Shown one piece after another: positions 1-6,273 of a stretch of DNA of 20,000 nucleotides. The first letter of the stretch is position 1. The number at the start of each line of letters is the position of its first letter. The notes beneath the pieces are model-generated. The model made no database searches and was not told where the DNA came from. It saw only the letters and a program-made list of their open reading frames with translations. The stretch comes from an uncultured virus (IMG/VR IMGVR_UViG_3300047481_002482) (taxonomy: Duplodnaviria; Heunggongvirae; Uroviricota; Caudoviricetes), in the IMG/VR virus record IMGVR_UViG_3300047481_002482; one strand, 5' to 3'. The position numbers were made by a program, and so were the translations under genes.

Positions 1-1166
1 TGTTTGCCTGGTTCGCAAGGCGTTTGCGAGAAAACCAACCTCTTGGATTTACTCTTTCAGGGTATGTGAAACACAAATTTGGTGAACGAGTTCAATCGTT
101 GTTTTTGATTGAAAGCAGTGTGTTAGCAATCTGCGCGGTCGCCATCAATGTGCTGGCTGGCAGCAAGGCCATTGAAACTATCACAGGCATGAGTTATCAT
201 GCTGCTAGTGCGGTATTGACCTTGTTGGCATTGGCATACGTGCTACGGGGTGGACTCAAAGCCTCTGTCGTGACTGAAATTTTCAAAATCACCATACTGT
301 GGATTGGTATTGCGATTCTGGTGCCATGGGCCTGGAACGCCGGCGGCGGTATCGATTCCGTGATTGCAGGCCTGGGTGGTATCACCGGCCAGGGCAACAG
401 TCTATTTGGGAACGATTTCGTGTTAGGAATTTTCATGGGCATGGGTTTGAGTACCGTGCTGGGACATCTTGGTGCGCCTTGGGCAGACAACAGCTTTTAT
501 CAAAGAGCTTTCAGTATCAAGCAAAACAGCATCATTCCAGCATTCATTTTTGGAGCACTAATATTCCTGTTTATTCCTTTGACGATGGGCAGCCTTGGAT
601 TTCTGGCAGCTGGCACCGGACTCGAAATCGCCAAGGATGCAGTGGGTATGACTGCTATCATAGCAGTAGGATCGGTATTGCCAAGCTGGACCTTGATTGT
701 TCTGATATTCATGACCTTTGCGGGTTTGGTCTCAGTGATAGACGGACATCTCAGTTCGGCGTCGTCCATCGTTGGACACGATGTCAGGTCAAGATTCCGA
801 GATAAAAATGACGAACCCAGCACAGTGACCTGGGCTAGATCGGGCATGATAGCTGTGGCCGCCATTGGCCTGATTATTGCTAATTGGCCTGGAATGACCT
901 TGCTCACGATCTTTCTGTTCTTCGCAGTAATGCGTGCCACTGTTTGGTGGCCAATGATGTTGCACCTGGCTAGGCCGGCTCTACTAAACGAACGAGGGGT
1001 GTTCTGGGGAATCCTATTGGCATTTTTGATTGGCATGCCAATATACCTCTTTGGTCAGTTTGTTGGTCAAAAAGATCTTATAATGATTGGTACATTGACA
1101 GCGGTGTTTGGTAGTGCTGCGCTCAGTCTACTCATAACCAAACTAACCAGCAACACAACAAAATGA
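1..1166 (+). CDS. Sodium:solute symporter (SSS) family transporter, urea/DUR3-like; 5'-truncated by window edge
   Basis: Frame is open from position 3. Many hydrophobic TM segments; SSS-type motifs YVLRGGLKASVVTE, DNSFYQRAFS and AGLVSVIDGHLSSASSIVGHD. Confidence 0.85.
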   Translation, partial: FAWFARRLRENQPLGFTLSGYVKHKFGERVQSLFLIESSVLAICAVAINVLAGSKAIETITGMSYHAASAVLTLLALAYVLRGGLKASVVTEIFKITILWIGIAILVPWAWNAGGGIDSVIAGLGGITGQGNSLFGNDFVLGIFMGMGLSTVLGHLGAPWADNSFYQRAFSIKQNSIIPAFIFGALIFLFIPLTMGSLGFLAAGTGLEIAKDAVGMTAIIAVGSVLPSWTLIVLIFMTFAGLVSVIDGHLSSASSIVGHDVRSRFRDKNDEPSTVTWARSGMIAVAAIGLIIANWPGMTLLTIFLFFAVMRATVWWPMMLHLARPALLNERGVFWGILLAFLIGMPIYLFGQFVGQKDLIMIGTLTAVFGSAALSLLITKLTSNTTK

Positions 1167-1747
1167 CTACCGACGATCAAACTTTTTTCTGGGGTGGAGA
1201 CGCCAAATTTGCAGTGGTGCAGCGCAATAATGGCAGGATCTGGATGATCGATGACAGGATCCCTTACCTATCATCCATACCTGCAGTGTTTCAGAGCAAG
1301 ATTCCGTTGATGCTGCTGGATATATCCACTGTCAAAAACAATCGGAACTCAATCATTGACAATAGCTGTTGTTACAACTGGACGATCAAGTTCCAAGATC
1401 AACAGGTGCCAGTGCCCATGAAAAAACTCAGCAGCCGTTGGGTTGATTACGACAAGGTTTATGTTTGTTCCGAAAATTCAGTATTATCAGAGCATGTACA
1501 TGATGCAGATCCAATCGAGATCGATCTACGCCGGCAGCTCTTCCTGTATTACAATCTAGTTCGCGATGCATATCATTACTTTGATCAACCCGGCTCCGAC
1601 CTCGCCACGATCATGACAACAATGTGTGAAATCTTCGGATCTAATCTTTACATCCAGGACATATATGAAGCATTGGTCTACCATAGACGAGATATGTTCC
1701 ACGACCGGGTACTCAAATACATAGAAAGGGATCTCAAATATGCATGA
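1163..1747 (+). CDS. Hypothetical protein (194 aa)
   Basis: ATGA overlap with the upstream stop and overlap with the downstream start, consistent with translational coupling; no recognisable motif. Confidence 0.7.
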   Translation: MTTDDQTFFWGGDAKFAVVQRNNGRIWMIDDRIPYLSSIPAVFQSKIPLMLLDISTVKNNRNSIIDNSCCYNWTIKFQDQQVPVPMKKLSSRWVDYDKVYVCSENSVLSEHVHDADPIEIDLRRQLFLYYNLVRDAYHYFDQPGSDLATIMTTMCEIFGSNLYIQDIYEALVYHRRDMFHDRVLKYIERDLKYA

Positions 1748-2891
1748 CATAGTGTATGTGAACTGGACTCTGATCAAAATGTATGATTGGAACCTGCTGG
1801 ACAGCCAAGATCTGCTGCCAGAAGTGCGAAAAGCCCTTGAACTCTCAGATCTGCCCAATCTAGAAGGTTATCTTTTTGATAGACATCGCAAGATCAGTGT
1901 TGGCCCTATCAAATCGAACAAGACAGCCCCTTATGTCGTGCCACCGTTGCCTGATCGTGAACTGACGTTTTCTCATTGCCTAGACGAAGTCGTGACAGAG
2001 ATATTGCACACGCACAAAAATTCTAAGATATATCTGGCTTGGTCTGGGGGCGTAGACAGCACCACATTGGTGTGCGCTATGCTGCGTAATGCCACCAAAG
2101 ACATGTTGGATCGTGTCACGATACTTTGTTCTAATGACAGTGTGCTGGAAAATCAATATTTTTTTTATAGGATCATCAAGCCCATGTTGCAGGTGGCCGA
2201 CATCAATGAATTCAAGATCGACAGCCAATTTGTTAGCAACGGTTCAATTATGATGGACGGAGAATGTGGCAACCAAATCAATCTTGGATATTGGACATAT
2301 GATTTGATATCATCTGACCAGTGGGACTTGCTCGAGGCCCCGTTCAAAGATGCACCGTTGCACAAAATAATGGGTGTTGATGCTAACAGTCCTGGACTAA
2401 AAAACTTACAAGAAATTCTATTTGACAGCGCAGAATCTGCTCCGGTGGACATAAAAACAGTGTACGATCTGGCCTGGTGGAGCAATTTCAATTTCAAGCT
2501 GGACTATGTGATGTATCGTAAAGCCATGCCGACTTACACTAAGCATTTGACCCAATCCGAAACCAAAATATTTTTTGAAAAAAACCTGGTGCATGCTTAC
2601 GCTCATACTTTGATGCAACAGTGGGCAATGTCCTCTTTGTTGCAAAGGAGAACATTCGATCGATCAAAGACCGCAAAGTATTTCCAGAAAGACTATATCT
2701 ATCAGATTGATAAAAATCCCTACTATTTCCGGTTCAAGCCAGAACAGAGCAGCATGGCAACATACTATACCTGTTATGGTAAAGGAATTCCTACGATGTC
2801 GGATCTGTTCGCGGTGACTGACTCATTCAAGAAACTGTCTTTTTTTAATGCGGAGGACCGCCAAACATTGAAGAAATGGTTATTCGGATAA
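1740..2891 (+). CDS. PP-loop (adenine nucleotide alpha hydrolase) protein, asparagine synthetase C-terminal-like
   Basis: LAWSGGVDST PP-loop motif and MDGECGNQI, similar to the asparagine synthetase GEGxDE motif; no N-terminal glutaminase domain apparent. Confidence 0.75.
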   Translation: MHDIVYVNWTLIKMYDWNLLDSQDLLPEVRKALELSDLPNLEGYLFDRHRKISVGPIKSNKTAPYVVPPLPDRELTFSHCLDEVVTEILHTHKNSKIYLAWSGGVDSTTLVCAMLRNATKDMLDRVTILCSNDSVLENQYFFYRIIKPMLQVADINEFKIDSQFVSNGSIMMDGECGNQINLGYWTYDLISSDQWDLLEAPFKDAPLHKIMGVDANSPGLKNLQEILFDSAESAPVDIKTVYDLAWWSNFNFKLDYVMYRKAMPTYTKHLTQSETKIFFEKNLVHAYAHTLMQQWAMSSLLQRRTFDRSKTAKYFQKDYIYQIDKNPYYFRFKPEQSSMATYYTCYGKGIPTMSDLFAVTDSFKKLSFFNAEDRQTLKKWLFG

Positions 2892-2916
2892 GGCGTGATA
2901 AGTTACAAAAAAACAG

Positions 2917-2945
2917 TTGACAAGGTATAAATAAACCTATACAAT
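2917..2945 (+). promoter_or_regulatory. Sigma70-type promoter with an embedded T4-late-like TATAAATA
   Basis: TTGACA 2917-2922, 17-bp spacer, TACAAT 2940-2945; TATAAATA at 2926-2933. Confidence 0.85.
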
Positions 2946-2952
2946 AGACACT

Positions 2953-3084
2953 ATGATGACTCAACAATTATCACCCATATCGATGCATTTGCCTAAGATG
3001 CTAGGTTGCCAGACCACATGGTTTGGATCCCTATCAGTCTATCTCCAGGCGATCGAGAACAGTGATAGTGGAGGGTCCGAGTAG
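2953..3084 (+). CDS. Putative leaderless attenuator leader peptide (43 aa, MMTQQLSPISMHLPKMLGCQTTWFGSLSVYLQAIENSDSGGSE)
   Basis: ATG lies 7 nt after the -10 box, i.e. at the expected start site; its last codons and TAG overlap the 5' arm of the antiterminator hairpin. Not in the supplied ORF track. Confidence 0.6.
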   Translation: MMTQQLSPISMHLPKMLGCQTTWFGSLSVYLQAIENSDSGGSE

Positions 3085-3145
3085 ATCAAGTTGTAACTAG
3101 ATTTTATCTACAAGGACCCTGGATCGAAAGATACCAGGGTTTTTT
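3072..3145 (+). terminator. Overlapping antiterminator / intrinsic terminator (attenuator)
   Basis: Terminator: ACCCTGG-ATC-GAAA-GAT-A-CCAGGGT plus T run (3116-3145). Antiterminator: AGGGTCC(3072-78)/GGACCCT(3114-20) plus GTAGAT(3081-86)/ATCTAC(3106-11). The two share 3116-3120. Confidence 0.8.
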
Positions 3146-3149
3146 GTTA

Positions 3150-3290
3150 TACGCCAGGCAACGAGGGCCAAGTCAGCGTACAATAAAAAGACGAACGGGC
3201 GGAGTCCAGGATGAAGTCTCTCTTGTGAGACGAAAGATTGGCAGGCAGGGGATGGCCCTGCGATATGGCAGCCACGAGAGTGGCTCTATA
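3150..3290 (+). ncRNA. Candidate structured RNA of unknown family
   Basis: Series of hairpins: TACGC/GCGTA (3150-3180), GTCTC/GAGAC (3216-3231), GCAGGG/CCCTGC (3245-3261), AGCCAC-GAGA-GTGGCT (3270-3285, GNRA loop). No credible ORF. Confidence 0.45.
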
Positions 3291-3395
3291 TTTGAACACA
3301 TTACTCTCAGCAACAACGAGCATCCGCGGAGAGGACACGATCAGGCTCGATTCGAATCGAGGCTGCACGGTCGCCGACTCAGTAGTGTGTTCAAA
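3291..3395 (+). ncRNA. Stem-closed tRNA-like element (unknown ncRNA)
   Basis: 15-bp closing stem TTTGAACACATTACT/AGTAGTGTGTTCAAA (one G-U); internal T-loop-like hairpin CTCGA-TTCGAA-TCGAG at 3346-3361. Confidence 0.5.
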
Positions 3396-3398
3396 CAT

Positions 3399-3487
3399 GG
3401 TTCCTGTTCCTCGCGATGGTCTGTAAAACCGTTGCCTTTAATATGCGGGGTGGCGGCAGTTAGGTTCGATTCCCTGATCATCCACCA
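3399..3487 (+). pseudogene. Atypical or chimeric tRNA-Tyr(GTA)-like element
   Basis: 8-bp anticodon stem with CTGTAAA loop (GTA 3423-25), GGTTCGATTCC T-loop and 3' ACCA; no D arm, and the acceptor strands do not match. Confidence 0.55.
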
Positions 3488-3494
3488 GTTTCAT

Positions 3495-3572
3495 GCACCG
3501 TTCGTCTAGCTGGTCAAGGACATCTCCCTTTCACGGAGAAGATCAGGGGTTCGAATCCCCTACGGTGTACCA
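3495..3572 (+). tRNA. tRNA-Glu(TTC)
   Basis: Full cloverleaf: GCACCGT/ACGGTGT acceptor, TCTCC-CTTTCAC-GGAGA anticodon arm, AGGGG-TTCGAAT-CCCCT, encoded CCA. Confidence 0.95.
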
Positions 3573-3578
3573 GTTCCG

Positions 3579-3948
3579 GGTGCCAAAGTGTTCATGGACG
3601 CACACTTTTAAAAAACTGTAAGCTAATTTTTAAGCTCTGCAGGACCCATTTCGTGATAAGTACCTGATGCCGCGCATACATCAACTGCTGACTCTCTTGC
3701 CCATGCCTCTGTTTGTCATAGGATTTATTCTGTCCCTGCTCTCTCCGCAGTCTATCTGCACACAGTTTCCCTATGAAATGACCATAATGTGGGCTGTAAT
3801 GGCCCTGGCACACACATCACCTTGGCTGTTATTCTATCAACAGCACTTTGCCCGGAATGCTTAGACAGCAGTGATAACTGCCCTGTAACACTGCCCAAGA
3901 GAGCCTGTCACGCTGGAAGAAGGGGATCGTTACCCCTTGGTACCGCCA
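3579..3948 (+). tRNA. Interrupted tRNA-Asp(GTC): 5' part 3579-3606, 3' part 3902-3948, 295-bp insert
   Basis: GGTGCCA(3579-85) pairs with TGGTACC(3938-44). D arm GTGT/GCAC is in the 5' part; the CTGTCAC anticodon loop, T arm, G73 and CCA are in the 3' part. Joined length is 75 nt. Confidence 0.8.
3667..3864 (+). CDS. Small membrane protein (65 aa) inside the tRNA-Asp insert
   Basis: Two hydrophobic stretches; preceded by TAAGTA (3657-62), which resembles the TAAATA promoter motif seen elsewhere in the window. Confidence 0.6.
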   Translation: MPRIHQLLTLLPMPLFVIGFILSLLSPQSICTQFPYEMTIMWAVMALAHTSPWLLFYQQHFARNA

Positions 3949-3954
3949 ATGCAA

Positions 3955-4029
3955 GCCCTTGTAGCTCAGCTGGCAGAGCAGCGCACTCGTAATGCGTGGG
4001 TCGGGAGTTCGATCCTCTCCGGGGCACCA
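3955..4029 (+). tRNA. tRNA-Thr(CGT)
   Basis: GCTC/GAGC D arm, GCGCA-CTCGTAA-TGCGT, T arm and ACCA; the 3' acceptor strand looks one base short. Confidence 0.85.
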
Positions 4030-4034
4030 CACAT

Positions 4035-4109
4035 GTATCGGTAGTGTCAACGGTAGCACGGCAGCCTCCAAATCTGCTTGTGAGGGTTCGAATCCTTCCC
4101 GGTACGCCA
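4035..4109 (+). tRNA. tRNA-Trp(CCA)
   Basis: GTATCGG/CCGGTAC acceptor, CTCCAAA loop (CCA 4068-70), GAGGG-TTCGAAT-CCTTC, G73-CCA. Confidence 0.92.
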
Positions 4110-4123
4110 ATTGTAGTTGACTT

Positions 4124-4201
4124 AGTGAGGTGGCCGAGTGGTCCAAGGCAACCGGTTGCAACCCGGTAAAATCGTGAGTTCGAATCTCACCCTCACTTCC
4201 A
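4124..4201 (+). tRNA. tRNA-Cys(GCA)
   Basis: AGTGAGG/CCTCACT acceptor, ACCGG-TTGCAAC-CCGGT, GTGAG-TTCGAAT-CTCAC, U73-CCA. Confidence 0.95.
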
Positions 4202-4282
4202 TTTTTTTATTAAGGAGAAGATCATGACCCAGGAAGAACGCTGGCAGTGGATCTAAGACAATGTGCAATGATCTCAAAGCAA

Positions 4283-4311
4283 TTGACATCTCATATGATC
4301 AATGCTAGAAT
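4283..4311 (+). promoter_or_regulatory. Sigma70-type promoter upstream of rpoZ
   Basis: TTGACA 4283-88, 17-bp spacer, TGC-TAGAAT (extended -10; hexamer 4306-11). Confidence 0.8.
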
Positions 4312-4336
4312 GTTGTTTTAATTATTGGAACATGAA

Positions 4337-4573
4337 ATGGCACGAATATCTAGCGAAATTGCCGCCCAAAAGGTCGGCCGGTATGATCTTATCCTTATCG
4401 GTGCTCGCAGGGCCCGAGAGCTCAATCGCGGATGGCGACCCACCGTATCCGGTAACAACGGCATAGTGGTCACTGCCATCCGCGAGATCGAAGCCGGCAC
4501 GATCGGCCGAGATTATCTCTTGAAGCCACCTAATCTGGATCGCAGAGAGCGACCGCCAGAATCGGATCGATAA
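4337..4573 (+). CDS. rpoZ: RNA polymerase omega subunit homolog
   Basis: MARISSE...RYDLILIGARRAREL...VTAIREIEAG matches the omega pattern MARVT...NRFxLVLxAAxRARQL...VxALREIxxG; ATG at 4337 preferred over TTG at 4325. Confidence 0.85.
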   Translation: MARISSEIAAQKVGRYDLILIGARRARELNRGWRPTVSGNNGIVVTAIREIEAGTIGRDYLLKPPNLDRRERPPESDR

Positions 4574-4791
4574 TCCATGGTCAAGCCTGTGAGCGAAAGC
4601 AGGCCAGCCACCATCCCAACTGTGAGGGAAGCACTACCACCCTGGGCCTCTGTAGCCGCAATAGGCCGCGCTCCATGGCATGGAGATGAACACGCATCAG
4701 GGGATCGCGAGGCTGGGTTGGTAGCCCAGCAAAGGCCGGTTGGGCCGGCATCGTGGATCTTAAACACAGCACAGTGGGTTTGACCATGGAT
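4573..4791 (+). ncRNA. Highly structured ~220-nt RNA of unidentified family
   Basis: 15-bp terminal stem ATCCATGGTCAAGCC/GGTTTGACCATGGAT, GC-GAAA-GC tetraloop and several internal GC-rich hairpins; G-U pairs favour the + strand. Confidence 0.65.
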
Positions 4792-4946
4792 CAACGGTGA
4801 TGCCGTAACGCGCCTTGTAAGCCAGCCTCTCATCGCCATGACATATATACAGAACATGGATCAACAGCGATGTAAGGGCCTGCAACGCCCGCAGGTGTGT
4901 TAGAAACATCGACCTCTCGCTGCCATGCCCCAACCCGGAGATCGCA

Positions 4947-5108
4947 ATGAGCATAAAAGGACTGAAAGAAGCACTGGCCCGTAAACAGGCACAACAAAAC
5001 CCAGACACCAAATCCACGGAAGGTGCTGAAGTCAAGGTAACTGCTACCACTCCTGTGCGGGTAGGTGGCAGCAAGCCGCAGAAAAAAGTTACTGGCCGAG
5101 GTCGATAA
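4947..5108 (+). CDS. Small basic protein (53 aa, MSIKGLKEALARKQAQQNP...KPQKKVTGRGR)
   Basis: GGAG RBS 6 nt upstream; Lys/Arg-rich; fills the gap before the next gene. Not in the ORF track. Confidence 0.6.
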   Translation: MSIKGLKEALARKQAQQNPDTKSTEGAEVKVTATTPVRVGGSKPQKKVTGRGR

Positions 5109-5129
5109 CACAATAGAAAGGAGGGCACG

Positions 5130-5735
5130 ATGCCAGCAGTATGGTTAGTATCAGACACACATTTTGGTCATGCTGGCGTTTGCCGATTCACCCGAGATGA
5201 TGGTAGCAAACTCCGTCCGTGGGACGATCCTGCGGAGATGGATGAACATCTCGTGCGTGTGTGGAACGAGCGTGTGAGGCCGCAGGACAAAGTGTATCAT
5301 TTGGGGGACGTGGTGATCAACAGAAAGGCCATGAAAACTCTAGGTCGACTCAACGGAGACAAGGTCCTGATCCGTGGCAACCACGACATCTTCCGAGACG
5401 ATGAGTATCGTGAGTACTTCCGTGAGCTGCGTGCTTACCATGTGATGAACGGAATGATCCTGAGCCACATACCGGTGCATGAGGCCAGCCTTGGCAGATT
5501 TGGTACCAACATCCATGGCCACACACACTATCAGCGTGTGAAACGGGCTCATGGTGTAGATGCACGCACCGGCGAAATGTTGTACTCAGACGAGATCGAT
5601 ACGAGATATCATTGTGTGTGCGTGGAGCAACTTCCAGACTTTGCTCCTATCCTGTTTGAAGATGTGATCCGGCGTATCGAGACCGAAGGTGGCACCGTGG
5701 GGTTCCGCAGCGGCAATGGTCCCATGGTGGACTGA
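5130..5735 (+). CDS. Calcineurin-like metallophosphoesterase
   Basis: Motifs SDTHFGH, HLGD, GNHD, SH and HGHTH; strong RBS AAGGAGG. Confidence 0.92.
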   Translation: MPAVWLVSDTHFGHAGVCRFTRDDGSKLRPWDDPAEMDEHLVRVWNERVRPQDKVYHLGDVVINRKAMKTLGRLNGDKVLIRGNHDIFRDDEYREYFRELRAYHVMNGMILSHIPVHEASLGRFGTNIHGHTHYQRVKRAHGVDARTGEMLYSDEIDTRYHCVCVEQLPDFAPILFEDVIRRIETEGGTVGFRSGNGPMVD

Positions 5736-5737
5736 TC

Positions 5738-5896
5738 ATGAAACTTTGGGAAGCCACCATTAGACAACCAGGACCCGGTACCGCGGAATTCAAGGTCCGG
5801 ATTGGTGCCGAAAATGCTGAAGAAGCCCGGAGATTATTACAGCAACTACACGGACCAAGATCGGTACCTTATCTACCTCGACAGGTACCACAGTAA
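5738..5896 (+). CDS. Hypothetical protein (52 aa, MKLWEATIRQ...YLPRQVPQ)
   Basis: Starts 2 nt after the upstream stop and ends just before the TAAATA motif of the tmRNA gene. Not in the ORF track. Confidence 0.6.
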   Translation: MKLWEATIRQPGPGTAEFKVRIGAENAEEARRLLQQLHGPRSVPYLPRQVPQ

Positions 5897-5904
5897 TAAA
5901 TATC

Positions 5905-6273
5905 AGGATTGTTGTATGAAGCGAGTGGAACAACGGGCAAGACAGGGGTTCGATTCCCCTCTGGTCCACCATAAGGAGACTGACAATGCTAGAAACTCTA
6001 TTTTGGCTGGCGATAGGTGCTTTCATAGGTTGGAATTTCCCCCAACCCGAATTCGCAAAAAGCATCCAGGCTCGAGTGATAGATATGTTCAGGAAAAAAT
6101 CTTAGTCTCTTTATGATGGGCCAGCCATGGTATCGATTGACGGTCTATTACACGAGTGGACAACAGGTCAGGCGAAGGACCTAATCCTAGCAAAACCACA
6201 AACGCCAACGACAGCGTTTACGCAATGGCCGCTTGAGCCTGCTGAGGGTGGAAGCCCAAGAAACAGAACTTCC
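5905..6273 (+). ncRNA. ssrA: Circularly permuted (two-piece) tmRNA; acceptor piece ~5905-5971, coding piece 6118-~6273, tag ANDSVYAMAA
   Basis: T arm AGGGG-TTCGATT-CCCCT, then CTGGTCC-A-CCA (5961-71), which pairs with the downstream GGGCCAG (6118-24) including the G3-U70 Ala determinant. PK1-like GGTC/GACC plus AGG/CCT. Tag ORF 6204-6236. Confidence 0.92.
5986..6105 (+). CDS. Small membrane protein (39 aa, MLETLFWLAIGAFIGWNFPQPEFAKSIQARVIDMFRKKS) in the tmRNA intervening segment
   Basis: TAAGGAG RBS directly after the CCA; N-terminal TM helix and basic tail. Not in the ORF track. Confidence 0.7.
   Translation: MLETLFWLAIGAFIGWNFPQPEFAKSIQARVIDMFRKKS

Noticed and set aside
3205..3241. Hammerhead-like GATGA-stem-GAAA
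   Set aside because: The core reads CAGGATGAA rather than CTGANGA, and I found no stem III/UH cleavage site.
3144..3509. ORFs 3144-3509, 3147-3398 and 3238-3426 (likewise 3789-3992 and 3829-4161)
   Set aside because: They overlie terminator, tRNA and structured RNA, have no RBS and give unnatural protein sequence.
3607..3901. Group I intron call for the tRNA-Asp insert
   Set aside because: The U/G junctions fit, but no recognisable P4/P7 conserved elements are present and most of the insert is an ORF.
4577..4787. Two antiparallel 68-aa ORFs both starting MVKP
   Set aside because: These are artefacts of the 15-bp terminal inverted repeat of the structured RNA.
4785..4865. 11-bp direct repeat CATGGATCAAC (4785-95, 4855-65)
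   Set aside because: Only two short copies; not a CRISPR array and not positioned as a target-site duplication.
5940..5971. Isolated tRNA 3' fragment as an attP/attR scar
   Set aside because: Its partner 5' end and tag ORF lie downstream, so it is the tmRNA acceptor piece; no integrase is present in the window.
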